From Candidatus Spongiisociaceae bacterium (lineage in GTDB: Bacteria > Actinomycetota > Acidimicrobiia > Spongiisociales > Spongiisociaceae), in the NCBI GenBank assembly GCA_965262915.1, contig OZ253564.1, positions 1,152,001 to 1,216,000 of the forward strand: a stretch of DNA of 64,000 nucleotides. The letters are read 5' to 3'. Below the pieces are notes generated by a model that was not told where the DNA came from, did no database searches, and saw only the letters and a list, made by a program, of their open reading frames with translations. Positions 1-10,404 of this stretch are shown in pieces. The translations under genes were made by a program, and so were the position numbers. How positions within the stretch are numbered: position 1 is the first letter of the stretch; each line of letters begins with the position of its first letter.

Positions 1-473
1 TCCGCACCCCGTTCCTCCAGATCGAGGAGTCCGAATGGGACCGGATTCTGGAAGTGAACCTCAAGGGATTCTTCCTGTGCTCCCAAGCGGCCGCCCGCCA
101 GATGGTGTGCCAGGGAGACGGTGGCGTGATCATCAACATGTCGTCGAGCGGCGACACGCTGGCCGGACGGGACGTCACCCACTACTGCGTGGCCAAGGGA
201 GGGGTGCGGATGCTCACCCGGCAGCTGGCCTTAGAGTTGGCTCCCTACAAGATCCGCGCCAACGCCATCGCTCCGGGATTGATCGAGACGGATCTGAACC
301 GATCGGACCTGGCCGAACCCGAGTTCCGCAAGTATCGACTCTCCATGATCCCCCTCGGCATCATCGGGGTTCCCGAGGACATAGTCGGAGCGGCGGTCTT
401 CCTCGCCACCGAGGAGTCCAGGATGGCCACAGGCGCCACTTTCTACCTGGATGCCGGCCAGACCATTGCTTGA
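1..473 (+). CDS. SDR family oxidoreductase (5'-partial, runs off window)
   Basis: Frame open from position 3 (RTPFLQIEESEWDRILEVNLKG); INMSS, YCVAK (YxxxK), NAIAPG, DAG near the C-terminus. Confidence 0.9.
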   Translation, partial: RTPFLQIEESEWDRILEVNLKGFFLCSQAAARQMVCQGDGGVIINMSSSGDTLAGRDVTHYCVAKGGVRMLTRQLALELAPYKIRANAIAPGLIETDLNRSDLAEPEFRKYRLSMIPLGIIGVPEDIVGAAVFLATEESRMATGATFYLDAGQTIA

Positions 474-546
474 CCGATGCAGGGAGTCCCACCGCTCCTC
501 GTTCGGTGGAACTCGAACAACCACCCTCGCCTGAAACCGGGGAGGG

Positions 547-1281
547 TCAGGGCTGGTCCTCGGTTGGAGCCGGGGTGTGGAATGGTGCGTCGAACAGGGC
601 TGTGTAGGAGATCACGAGTTGTTCGAGCGCGGTTGATTGGAGTACGGCGGTGGCGGGTCGGAGTTCGACGATGGTGTATGTCTCGGTTCCCAGGCGTATC
701 TGTCGGCCTTCTCGGAGGTGAGGGGATAGGGCTCGTCCGGCGGCGATCGACTGGGCAACGGCGCGGCCGCCCAGCCCTCCGAGGAGGGCAGCTGTGAGCC
801 CTGCTGAGAACACGACCCCGGCGGTGAGCACGATGAGGATGGTGGTCTCGACCCCGAGTTGACCTAGCGCGAGGACGGCGGAGCCGGCGATGATGGCTGC
901 TCGTAGGGTGCGTTCCGCCAGTCGGCTTCGATTGCCGGTTGCACGCTCGAACGCGCGGGCGATCGATCGTGATGCGGCTGCTGCGACGGCGTAGCCTACG
1001 AGCAGAACGAGGCCTGCGGCGATGACGTTGGGGAGCCAGTTGAGGATCTGGCGTGGGAGCGGCTTGAGCGTTTCCGGGCTGAGGGTGGCCATGGCGATGA
1101 TGACGCCGGCGGCGGTAGCGAGCCAGAAGAGGAACAGGCTCGCGGGTCCGGCGATCTCGCGTATGGCGCTTCGGTTCGTCTCCTTCTGTAGGGAGTGTCG
1201 CAGCCAGGCACCTCCGACTACTCCGGTTGCGAGGCCGACTCCGACGGCTATTGCGGCAATCAGCCAGTGGTTGTCAATCAC
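547..1281 (-). CDS. TM-helix/MscS-like small mechanosensitive channel family membrane protein
   Basis: Several TM segments, WLPNVIAAGLVLLVG (TM_helix-like), short MscS-like beta region at the C-terminus. Confidence 0.7.
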   Translation of the reverse strand: MIDNHWLIAAIAVGVGLATGVVGGAWLRHSLQKETNRSAIREIAGPASLFLFWLATAAGVIIAMATLSPETLKPLPRQILNWLPNVIAAGLVLLVGYAVAAAASRSIARAFERATGNRSRLAERTLRAAIIAGSAVLALGQLGVETTILIVLTAGVVFSAGLTAALLGGLGGRAVAQSIAAGRALSPHLREGRQIRLGTETYTIVELRPATAVLQSTALEQLVISYTALFDAPFHTPAPTEDQP

Positions 1282-1582
1282 GGGGGCTCCACTGGTCGGG
1301 TTCGAGAATCGTTCTGGTCGTCTCCCATGCGAGTCCCATGAGATCGGCGACCAGCCAGGCTGTGTATCTGCTCCGGAGCCGTCGCTGCACGCCCCGAGTG
1401 ATGCGATCTTCCAGATCCGGAGGTATCTGCCAAAGGGGGTCGAGCCCGGTACCGGTCCGTTCTGCGGCTGTGAGTGCCTCGTCCAGGGCGCTCATGTCGA
1501 GGCCGAGTTCGTCCAGGGCGACTGCTATGTCCAGATCGTCGACGACCCGGCTTGAGGGCGATGCCGGGTGGGCTGTCTTCAT
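1274..1582 (-). CDS. Small hypothetical protein, candidate anti-sigma factor
   Basis: 102 aa, overlaps the ECF sigma stop and the next gene start. Confidence 0.5.
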   Translation of the reverse strand: MKTAHPASPSSRVVDDLDIAVALDELGLDMSALDEALTAAERTGTGLDPLWQIPPDLEDRITRGVQRRLRSRYTAWLVADLMGLAWETTRTILEPDQWSPRD

Positions 1583-2124
1583 GGTTCACCTCGTTCGACA
1601 GCTGCGGCTAGGCGCCGGCGGGCACGAAACAGCCGGATCTTGACCTGGCCGATCGTGATTCCGAGCGCCTCGGCGATCCCATCGTATGTGAGACCTTCAC
1701 CTTCTCGCAACGCCATGATCGTTCGCGAGAGAGGGTCGAGTTGAGCGAAGGTGAGGATCGCAGCGTGTAGCTCGGCGGCGGCAACGACTCTCCGCTCCGC
1801 GCTCGGGGCTGTACGCGGTGGTATCCACTGGGGGTCCCATGCTTGTTCGCGCGTGGATCTGAGCGTGGAGACTGCTGTGTTGTGGACTATGCGCAGCAGC
1901 CATCCCCGGAAGGAGCCGTCAGAGCGGTACGAGTCAAGTTTCAGCCAGGCCTTGATGGTCGCTTCCTGAACCACGTCCTCGGCCAGGGCGCTGTCGCGGA
2001 CCACTGCTACCGCGACCCTGAACATGGCCCGCCCGTGAAGGTTGATGATCTCACCAACGGCATCCACTCCCGGGTCTCCGGGGGCCACCTCGGGGGCTTC
2101 TCCTCGTGTGAGCAACGAACCCAT
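1579..2124 (-). CDS. ECF (sigma-70 group 4) RNA polymerase sigma factor
   Basis: Region 2 AEDVVQEATIKAW...FRGWLLRIVHN; region 4 EGLTYDGIAEALGITIGQVKIRLFRARRRL. Confidence 0.92.
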   Translation of the reverse strand: MGSLLTRGEAPEVAPGDPGVDAVGEIINLHGRAMFRVAVAVVRDSALAEDVVQEATIKAWLKLDSYRSDGSFRGWLLRIVHNTAVSTLRSTREQAWDPQWIPPRTAPSAERRVVAAAELHAAILTFAQLDPLSRTIMALREGEGLTYDGIAEALGITIGQVKIRLFRARRRLAAAVERGEP

Positions 2125-2382
2125 GCCCAGGAGGATATGACCGGGCCCCGAGTTGCACCGAAATCATTCTCCGTAACTTTCCGCCCCCGGGTGCGTCCCC
2201 TGAGCAAGACCACGACTGCGGGGGCGGAATGGTCATTCCCCGCCCGCACCAGATTGGGGAGGTGAGGACACGGCGGCCAAGACACAACAGAGACCCCAGC
2301 CGCTCTATCCGAGCCGCCGATGACAGACGGCGAGGCAACAAGGCACAACGGAAAGAACCACACCACAGAACGGAGGTAATTG

Positions 2383-3039
2383 ATGCAAGACCTAATCAGA
2401 GGGCTTTCGGATGGCCTGGCGAACGCCGGCGAGACCATCCTCTCATTCCTGCCGAGGCTGATCGGCGCCCTGGTAATCCTGATTGTCGGATGGCTCGTGG
2501 CCCGGTTGATACACAGGGCGTTTCAACGGCTTCTGAAGGCAGTGGGCCTCGACACCTTGCTGGAACGTGCAGGACTATCGGACCGGCTTCAGGCGGCCGG
2601 CTATACCGCTACCGACCTGGCAGCGCGAGCGATCTACTGGATCGCTCTGCTGGTGGTGTTTCTCCTCACGGCCGAAGCTCTCGATGTCGACTATCTCAGT
2701 GACATCCTGACGGGGCTGATCGGATACCTACCGCTGGTGGTGGTGGCCATAGTCATCGTCATCGTGGCGGCTGCGGTGGGTGCATTTCTCGCCGAGTTGT
2801 CTACTCCCTGGTCGCGGGAACGCCATATCCGGTGGCTCCCCGCGGCAGCGCGATGGGTGATGATCGGCCTCGGGATATTCGTCGCTCTGAACACGCTGAA
2901 CATCGGCGAGGAGATAGTCAACACCCTCTTCGTAGCCGTGGTAGGGACGGTGGGCGCCACGCTGGTGATCGCCTTCGGCGTGGGAGGAATCTCCGCGGCG
3001 AAGGAGTGGTGGAGCAGGATCCTGCCCAAAGACGACTGA
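2383..3039 (+). CDS. CmpX/TM_helix repeat membrane protein (mechanosensitive-channel-like)
   Basis: FLPRLIGALVILIVGW, YLPLVVVAIV, IAFGVGG; GGAGG RBS. Confidence 0.8.
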   Translation: MQDLIRGLSDGLANAGETILSFLPRLIGALVILIVGWLVARLIHRAFQRLLKAVGLDTLLERAGLSDRLQAAGYTATDLAARAIYWIALLVVFLLTAEALDVDYLSDILTGLIGYLPLVVVAIVIVIVAAAVGAFLAELSTPWSRERHIRWLPAAARWVMIGLGIFVALNTLNIGEEIVNTLFVAVVGTVGATLVIAFGVGGISAAKEWWSRILPKDD

Positions 3040-3616
3040 CCCGAGGAGAGGGCGTTCCCTTGGGAGAAGGCCGAAAAAAGGTGGTGGCGCCTGGCCCGTC
3101 GTCCGCCGACCAGGTAGCTTGCCATCGGCCGCCGGGTCGGCGGGGGGGTTCTCAGTACTCTCCTGGTGACTTTGCCCCCGAGTCGGTTATCAGAAACCGG
3201 TAACCGGCTCGGAGGCCACCGCGCCGGCAGGTGGTGTTAAGGGATTCCACCAGTTGAGGTGCTATTCCGGTCTGTCGCCCGGAGTGCAACAAGCCTCAGC
3301 TGGTGGAAGACCCTTTGCGCGCACACATGACCCCGGAGTTGTTGGATCGCTGGGCGGGTCGGCGTGCGAGGCTCTGATTACCTCACCGGCCTCGGTCCAT
3401 CCCCTCATGCTGTCACCGGTGGCTGACGCCAAACCCAGCTTCGCCCTCGGCACCGTGTCGATCGAGGCCGAGGGTTGGAGGAAGTGCATGGTGCCCGCCC
3501 GGGGAGGGCAATGTGCCGGCTCGATCCGAGTCCACCACGACAGCACGACCGTCGCCTACCGATGTAAGCGAGTCGGCGCCGCCAAACCTCGGGGCCACCG
3601 CTGTATCGTGGTATGA

Positions 3617-5860
3617 ATGATGGTTGCTGTTCTGGCGGCTGGCGGGTCGGGGGGGTTCACCCTTCTGGATGAACACCAGTTGCTCGTTTTCCTGGTGCAG
3701 TTGGCGCTGCTGGTGGGTGGGGCCCGCTTGCTGGGGGGTCTCGCCAACAAGTTGCAACAGCCACCTGTGGTGGGTCAGATCCTTGCGGGAGTCTTGATCG
3801 GCCCGAGCGTCCTGGGCAATTTCTACCCGGGCGTCTTCGATTGGCTCTTCTCCGACCCGACTGTCGGGTCCGTCGTGTACGGGCTGGCGTGGCTAGCCGT
3901 GATCATGGTGTTGGTGGTCATCGGGTACGAGACCGATCTGGGAATCATCATGCGTTTACGCCGGGCTGCTGTCAACGTCTCGGCGGGAGCCCTGCTGCTG
4001 CCGTTGGTCACGGTGGGGCTGGTGGCGCTCCTGACCCCGTCTTCGTTCATAGGGGATTCCGGGAGGGGTCTGTACGCGGCTTTCATGGCGTTGGCCCTCT
4101 CGGTGGCGGCTCTGCCCGTGGTTGCCAAGATACTGCTCGACCTGGGGATGCTACGGCGTAACTTCGGTCAGGTGACCCTGGCGGTGAGCATGACGATGGA
4201 CACCGTCGGGTGGCTCATTCTGGCCGGGCTGGCCGGAATAGCTCGGGAAGGCTTCAGCGCCTCCGACCTACTCGCCTCCCTCGGGGGCTTGGTCTTGTTC
4301 CTGGCGCTGGCGGCCACCATCGGTCGGTGGTTACTCAACCAGGCGATGCGCCTGGCGCTGCGGCGCGGGCGGAACCTGCCGGCGGCTCTCACGGTGAGCC
4401 TGGTGGCGGCCATCGTAGGTGGCGCAGTGACCCAGGCCCTGGGTCTCGAGGCCATCCTGGGAGCGTTCATCGTGGGAATCATCCTCGCCACGCTGCGCTA
4501 TCAGGTCGGCGCGGTACGGCATGTCCTGGAGATGGTGACAGACTCCTTCTTCGCTCCCATATTCTTCGCGTTCAGCGGACTTCGGGTCGACATCGCCTTG
4601 CTGGCAAGCCCCAGCGCCGCTATCTGGACGGTGGTGCTCATCGTGGTAGCGGTAGCCGCCAAGGTCTTCGGCGCCCTGGTGGGTGCGCGCCACTCGGGTC
4701 TCACCTCGAAGGAGGGATTGGCCCTGGGGTCGGGACTGTCGGCGCTCGGCGCTATGGGGATCGTGGTCGCGCTGGTGGGCCTGAGCCTGGGCGTTCTGAG
4801 CGACACCGGGTACACCGTGATCGTGCTGGCGGCCGTCGTAACCTCGCTCGTCGCTCCGATCATGCTGAAGATGGCGGTGCGGGGGATGGAAGCAGCGGAG
4901 GAGGAGCGGTCTCGGTTGGAGTCGGAGGCTATCCGATCGCAGGCGCAGATTCTGGGATCGGAGCGCATTCTCCTACCTACCCGGGGAGGAGCCAACAGTG
5001 TGTACGCGGCCAATCAACTGAAGGCTCTGTTCCCGGAGGCTGAAGTGACCGTGCTGACGGTCTCCGATCAGCAGCATGATTGGCGGAAGCGACTGCTCGG
5101 GACCGCAGCCGAGGAGGACGCAGGCCCGGAAGAAGCGATCAGGACGCTCGGGTCCGATCGGAATCGGCTGATCCGTCGACGGCGAGCGGACCCGGTCGAA
5201 GCAATTCTCGACGAGGCCGCTTTGGGTTATGACTTGGTGGTGTTGGGAGCTACCGAGCCCACCGACGGCAGCCAGGTTTTCTCGTCGGTGATCGACCGGG
5301 TACTGGCAAGGCTGGAGTTACCTACCCTCATCTTCCGCTATCCCAGTCCCGACGGGCAGGGCCGGCTACCGGACTCGGCTTCTCTCCCCGTGCGCACGGT
5401 GCTGTTGTCGGTCGAATCGAACCGGGCCTCCCGCGCCGCTGAGGAGGTGGCCTATTCCTTGGCCGCCCACAACGACGGGATGGTTCTCGCACTGCATCTG
5501 ATCGCCGAGACCCGCGACGCGGCGTTCTATCTCGACCCGTCGAGCACTACTCAGAATCACAAGGCCGGGTTGGAGTTGGTGGAGGAATCAGTTGCTTTCG
5601 GGGAACGACTGGGGGCGAAGGTGAACGCCGATGTCAAACCGGTTACCCAGCTGGCGGGAGATCTGGTGGAAACCGCTAACACCGGGAATTGGGATCTCTT
5701 GGTCATGGGCGCCACCAACCGGCCGCTCAGCAAACGACCTTTCTTCGGATACGACATGTCGTACGTGATCAAACATGTCACCAGTCCGATGGTGGTAGTG
5801 GCCATACCCGACCTCGTGTCCCGGTATGCGTCCACGGACCGCGGGAGCGAAGCTGTTTGA
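3617..5860 (+). CDS. CPA2 cation:proton antiporter with two C-terminal universal stress protein domains
   Basis: QPPVVGQILAGVLIGPS, ALPVVAKIL, FFAPIFF; USP-like RILLPTRGG...DLVVLGA and DLLVMGA. Confidence 0.9.
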   Translation: MMVAVLAAGGSGGFTLLDEHQLLVFLVQLALLVGGARLLGGLANKLQQPPVVGQILAGVLIGPSVLGNFYPGVFDWLFSDPTVGSVVYGLAWLAVIMVLVVIGYETDLGIIMRLRRAAVNVSAGALLLPLVTVGLVALLTPSSFIGDSGRGLYAAFMALALSVAALPVVAKILLDLGMLRRNFGQVTLAVSMTMDTVGWLILAGLAGIAREGFSASDLLASLGGLVLFLALAATIGRWLLNQAMRLALRRGRNLPAALTVSLVAAIVGGAVTQALGLEAILGAFIVGIILATLRYQVGAVRHVLEMVTDSFFAPIFFAFSGLRVDIALLASPSAAIWTVVLIVVAVAAKVFGALVGARHSGLTSKEGLALGSGLSALGAMGIVVALVGLSLGVLSDTGYTVIVLAAVVTSLVAPIMLKMAVRGMEAAEEERSRLESEAIRSQAQILGSERILLPTRGGANSVYAANQLKALFPEAEVTVLTVSDQQHDWRKRLLGTAAEEDAGPEEAIRTLGSDRNRLIRRRRADPVEAILDEAALGYDLVVLGATEPTDGSQVFSSVIDRVLARLELPTLIFRYPSPDGQGRLPDSASLPVRTVLLSVESNRASRAAEEVAYSLAAHNDGMVLALHLIAETRDAAFYLDPSSTTQNHKAGLELVEESVAFGERLGAKVNADVKPVTQLAGDLVETANTGNWDLLVMGATNRPLSKRPFFGYDMSYVIKHVTSPMVVVAIPDLVSRYASTDRGSEAV

Positions 5861-5887
5861 GGCTATCGGCGATTCTTGTGCCGAGCG

Positions 5888-7128
5888 TCACTCCAGCCCG
5901 ATCGGGTAGGTGGAGAGAACCTCGCGACCGTTTTCGGTAACCAGCACCTGTTGTTCCAGCTTTACTCCCTGCCCCCAACCCCGACGTGCCACGAAGGACT
6001 CGACACAGATCACCATTCCGGGTTCCAGTGCACCGTCCTGCTCCGCCGTGTCCCATGTGTGGGGAAACCCGATCATCGGCCACTCGTCGGCCATACCCAC
6101 GCCGTGGTATTGAAGCGAGTAATGGTTGAACTGCTCGATGTCGGGGAGGAGTGAGTCGAAAGTCAGCTCCCGGAAGGTGACACCGGGCCGAACGATGTCG
6201 ACGTTGTGGTGTATCACCTCCTCGGCTCGATCGAAAATGTCCCGCTGGTTGGCGTCGGGGCGCCGAGTACCGGCGATCCATGTACGGGAGACGTCGATAC
6301 ACACGCCGAAGGCACCGATCAGGTCGGTATCGAAGGCCACCAGGTCGCCGTTTTCGATTACCCGAGCGGAGGCTTCCTGGTACCAAGGGTTCGTGCGGGG
6401 ACCGGAGCAGAGCAGGCGGGTCTCGATCCACTCGCCGCCTCGGACGATGTTCTCGGCGTGGAGGACCGCCCACAGATCCAATTCGGTCATGCCGGGTTCG
6501 AGGGCTGAGCGCATCGCGTCCAGCGCGTGTTCGGTCGCCACCATCACCGCCTTCATGAGCGCGATCTCCTCAGGGCTCTTGATGGAGCGCGATAGTTCCA
6601 TCACCTCGTCGCCGCTGCGCAACTGGAGTCCGTGGTTCCCGAGAGCATGGATGGCGTCGGGACTGGCGCGGTCGATCGCCACCCGCCTGTTGCCCCCTCC
6701 GTGTTCATCGACCAGACCGGCCAACTCGGCCGACCAGAGTGCCAGATTGGGATCCATCCGGGGGTTCCCGACGGCGCGTACATCCACAGCGTGGCGGGCC
6801 GCACCTCGTCGACCACGCTCGTATGTCCTGCCAGGAAGTCGGCCCTCTTATAGTCGAAGAGGATCGTCGGACCCTCGGCAGCCACCCAGAGATAGCGGTA
6901 AGGGTTATGCGAGGTCCACACAGACATGTTGGTGGTGTCAGACGCGTAGCGGATGTGAACCGGGTCGTACCCGATGACGCCGGCGTAGTCCAGGTGCTGG
7001 AGCCGGCTACGTACCCGGTTGAGGCGGTACCGGCGGACTGCGTCCAGATCGGGGAGGACGATCCCGGCCGCCTCGATCTCGGAGAGGGCCAAGCCGGGCA
7101 GCCCGATAGTGTGCCGGTTGTCGGCCAC
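5888..7128 (-). pseudogene. dddP: DddP-type DMSP lyase / M24 metallopeptidase, frameshifted near 6780
   Basis: N-part (IRYASDTTNMSVWTSHNPYR) in ORF 6601..7317 and C-part (LHAENIVRGGEWIETRLLCSGPRTNPWYQE, FDTDLIG, HGVGMADEWP, KLEQQVLVTENG) in ORF 5888..6787 match DddP motifs; one base missing at the junction. Confidence 0.85.
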
Positions 7129-7360
7129 GGCACGGTGATACTCATCGGATGTGCCAGAAGTAGGCCCGATGCGCCGGCGGACGCGTGACCCTACCGTGCC
7201 GTCTGACTGCACACTTTTCACTCTAGCCCCGATGGTCAGATACGCGATGGGATGTCGAGTGATCCACATGCGTAGATGGTTATTGCGTCCCCGTGCCCCT
7301 GCGGGTTCGGAGCCCATGGGTTATGATGTTTCTTTCCTCGGATCAGGAGTAGGAGGATCC

Positions 7361-8758
7361 ATGTCACGGAGAAACCCGGTAGTTCACCCGCGTGGGCAAA
7401 CGCGTCGGAGGTGGAGATTCTTCGCCTTGCTTGCTGCCCTGTCGCTGGTCGCCTTCGCATGCGGTGACGGCGGCGAGGACGACGCGGCGGCGGCCGAAGC
7501 GGCGGCTGCTCAGGCACAGGCTGCGGCCGCTCAGGCTGACGCGGCTGCGGCAGCGGCCGAGGACGACGCGGCTGCGGCCCAGGCGGAAGCCGATGCAGCT
7601 GCGGCGGCGCTGGCCCAGGCGGAAGCCGATCTGGAAGCCGCCCAGGCTTCGGCCTCCGACGCGATGGAGGGGGATGAGGCTTCCCAGGCGGCGCTGGCCG
7701 AAGCGGAGGCTGCCCTCGAAGAAGCCAAGCAGATGGCTTCCGACGCGATGGAGGGGGATGAGGCTTCCCAGGCGGCGCTGGCCGAAGCGGAGGCTGCCCT
7801 CGAAGAAGCCAAGCAGATGGCCGAGGAGGCAATGGCGGAGCCCGAGAGCAAGGGCACCATCGCGTTCAGCTACGGCGCAGAGCACTCCGGCATCTACCCC
7901 ATCGTTGCCGACCCAGCCAGGCTGGAGGCCGAGAGGCGTGGCTACGAGTGGCTCGAAGGCTCGGCGAACGGCGACTGTGACAAGCAGGTTCAGGACATGG
8001 AGGGCTTCGTGGCCGCCGGTGTCGACGCCATCGTGTTCCTGCCCTTGTGCGGTGTCGATCCGTATCTACCTACGGTGCAGGCAGCCAAGGATGCGGGCAT
8101 CGTGATCGTCGGTTACTCGACGGCAATCCCCGGTGGCGACTCGTCGATCGTCTACGCAAACATCGACGGAGCACGCGCTGTCGCCGCCGAAGCTCTTCGC
8201 TGGCTGGAGGAGGACTTCACCGGTGATCGGGAAACCTTCTCCTGGGCGCTCTTCACGTTCGACCAGTGTGGCATGGCATGTACCGACCGCACCGATCCCC
8301 TTCGCCAGATCATCACCGAAGCGACCGGCGTTGCACCCCTGGAGGCGGAGTCGGTTGCCGAGGCCAGCGGGCTGGAAGCGACGGAGACGTTCCTCCAGGC
8401 CGATCCGGGGCTCAACATGGTCATCGGAATCAACGACGCGGGAGCGCTCGGCGCCTACCAGGCGTTCGTCGTCCAGATCGAGTCGGACGGCAGGGATCCG
8501 GGCGAGATCTTCGTCGGGGGAATGGACGGGCAGAACGAGGCTCTGGAGTTGCTCGCCGGTGCCGACGAGTACGGCATCTACCGTGTGTCGGGTGCTCTGA
8601 TCCTTGACCAGTTGGGCAAGGCGGTCGCCGACCTGCCTGCCAACATCCTCGAGGGACAGCCGCCCACCAGCCTGGTGCTCAACTACGTGGCCGTAACTCC
8701 GGGTATGGCTGAGTTCGCGCAGCAGGTGCTTGACAACTACGAGGAATTCCTCGGCTAG
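7361..8758 (+). CDS. Sugar-type ABC transporter substrate-binding lipoprotein with long Ala/Glu-rich N-terminal stalk
   Basis: AGGAGG RBS, lipobox LVAFAC, periplasmic-binding-protein motifs (GVDAIVFLP, GINDAGALGA, GMDG). Confidence 0.88.
   Translation: MSRRNPVVHPRGQTRRRWRFFALLAALSLVAFACGDGGEDDAAAAEAAAAQAQAAAAQADAAAAAAEDDAAAAQAEADAAAAALAQAEADLEAAQASASDAMEGDEASQAALAEAEAALEEAKQMASDAMEGDEASQAALAEAEAALEEAKQMAEEAMAEPESKGTIAFSYGAEHSGIYPIVADPARLEAERRGYEWLEGSANGDCDKQVQDMEGFVAAGVDAIVFLPLCGVDPYLPTVQAAKDAGIVIVGYSTAIPGGDSSIVYANIDGARAVAAEALRWLEEDFTGDRETFSWALFTFDQCGMACTDRTDPLRQIITEATGVAPLEAESVAEASGLEATETFLQADPGLNMVIGINDAGALGAYQAFVVQIESDGRDPGEIFVGGMDGQNEALELLAGADEYGIYRVSGALILDQLGKAVADLPANILEGQPPTSLVLNYVAVTPGMAEFAQQVLDNYEEFLG
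7652..7819 (+). repeat. 84-bp in-frame tandem duplication (ASDAMEGDEASQAALAEAEAALEEAKQM x2)
   Basis: Two near-identical units starting at 7652 and 7736. Confidence 0.95.
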
Positions 8759-8865
8759 ATCGCGGGTTTCGTCAGATAGTGGGGCGGCCGGCACGTAGTC
8801 CCCGAGTGGCTACATGTCGGTCGCCTCGCGTATTGTCATGACCATCGGCGCCGGATTGAGGCCTC

Positions 8866-9918
8866 ATGCTCGGACGTGAACCTATGAGACTGCGATCGGG
8901 AGGCGCGTCCGCGCGAGGAGACAGTCAGAGAGAGATGGCCGGGACGTGGGCCAAGATCCTTCGAAACGGGATCGTCGGCGCGCTGGTTGTGGAGATCGTC
9001 TTCTTCGGCATATTCAGCGACCGGTTCCTCACGATATCGAACTTCAGATTGGTCCTGTTGCAGACCGCGGTCATCGCGACCCTCGCCATACCGAGCGCGC
9101 TTCTTCTGATGGCCGGGTACGTCGACTTCGCGATCGGCTCGATCACGGGCCTATGCGCGGTGCTCCTCGGAAGGCTCCTGGGATCCATGGAGGTGGTGCC
9201 AGCCCTGATGATCGTGGTGGTGATCGGCTTGGCGGTGGGTGCTGGGCAGGGGATTCTCTCCGCTCCGATAGGATTCTCCCCGATTGTGGTGACCCTGGGC
9301 TTCTTCACAGGTGTGCGGGGACTGGTATTCGTACTCAGCGACGGACGGACAACCTCGGGTTTCGGTGACACGTTCGCCATCATCGGCCGTGGTCGGGTCC
9401 GCTGGCTGGAGATACCTGTTCCCGTGGCGATTGCCGCGGTGACGGTCCTGCTGGGGGCGATCTTCCTCTACAAGACGAGATGGGGCCGCTATGTCGTAGC
9501 GATCGGCGTCAACGCGAGGGCAGCTTTCCGGGCGGGGATCCGGATCAAAGCGATACCCGTGTTCCTCTATATGGCGACCGGCGCGGGAAGCGCGGTCGGG
9601 GCGATGATCCTGGTGTCGAGGCTCGATGCGGCACCCCCACTCACGGGTGAAGGCCTGGAGCTGAACGTCCTGAGCGCGGTGCTCCTCGGGGGTGTGGCGT
9701 TCGGTGGTGGTCGTGGTTCTCTGATCGGTGTGATAGCCGGTGTGCTCTTCGTCGGGCTCCTGAACAACGGGCTTCTCCTGTTCGGCGTGGCCCCGTTCTG
9801 GTTCCGGGTGAGCGCCGGGGCGGCGCTCGTGGTGGCGGCGGGTCTCGATACGATCGGGCGCCGGCTCGAGGGGCGCACCACCGGCGGCCTCGGCGCACTA
9901 GGCCGCTCAGGAATCTAG
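8866..9918 (+). CDS. Sugar ABC transporter permease (RbsC/BPD_transp_2); start uncertain
   Basis: GYVDFAIGS, IVVTLG, TRWGRYVVAIGVN, ELNVLSAVLLGG..FGGGRGS. Confidence 0.9.
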   Translation: MLGREPMRLRSGGASARGDSQREMAGTWAKILRNGIVGALVVEIVFFGIFSDRFLTISNFRLVLLQTAVIATLAIPSALLLMAGYVDFAIGSITGLCAVLLGRLLGSMEVVPALMIVVVIGLAVGAGQGILSAPIGFSPIVVTLGFFTGVRGLVFVLSDGRTTSGFGDTFAIIGRGRVRWLEIPVPVAIAAVTVLLGAIFLYKTRWGRYVVAIGVNARAAFRAGIRIKAIPVFLYMATGAGSAVGAMILVSRLDAAPPLTGEGLELNVLSAVLLGGVAFGGGRGSLIGVIAGVLFVGLLNNGLLLFGVAPFWFRVSAGAALVVAAGLDTIGRRLEGRTTGGLGALGRSGI

Positions 9919-9952
9919 TGTCCTGATTCCGGGATTCGTTATAGATAGTTGG
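9915..9952 (-). mobile_element. Orphan right end of an IS630 element
   Basis: CTAGTGTCCTGATTCCGGGATTCGTTATAGATAGTTGG is almost identical to the reverse complement of the IS630 right end at 36213-36250. Confidence 0.85.
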
Positions 9953-10228
9953 GACGTGCCGACCATCCCGCCGGGGCAGGCTCTGGGGGGACCGAGAACG
10001 CGAAAAACGCCCGACCGGACCCCTCCGACGGGCCCACCCCCAACCGCCACCTCCTCGGTTCCCGAACGCGTCCCGCCATCCCCTGCGAGGGGTCGGCTCC
10101 GACAACATGATCCCTGCCCCGGTCCGGTCGGTACCGCAAGACGGACCGGTGGTGTTTACGGCTACTTACCATTATGCAACGGGACTGTGACATGTCAATC
10201 CCCTTGTGGCGGCGCGGCCGGTCCTTGT

Positions 10229-10375
10229 GGGGGGTGCTGTGAGTGGGTGAGCATGCGGATCGTGGGACGACGCCGGTTCCTGGACACCGCGAACCAAAGA
10301 CTCAGCACCCCCCTAGCGAGGAAGGCCGCTGCCGGCGCATACGCGCCGCCATTTTCATTTCACAGACAGACCACT
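10229..10375. mobile_element. Composite MITE remnant: family A-like element (10229-10316) abutting a partial family B element (10313-10375)
   Basis: GGGGGGTGCTG..GAGT / ACTCAGCACCCCC-CTAG inverted ends; 10313-10375 resembles 33827-33883 and ends in CAGACAGACCAC. Confidence 0.6.
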
Positions 10376-10404
10376 GAGCCGGCCGCCGCTCTATCCCCCG
10401 CCGG

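Noticed and set aside
3040-3616. ORFs 3254..3616 and 3262..3546
   Set aside because: No recognisable motifs or convincing RBS
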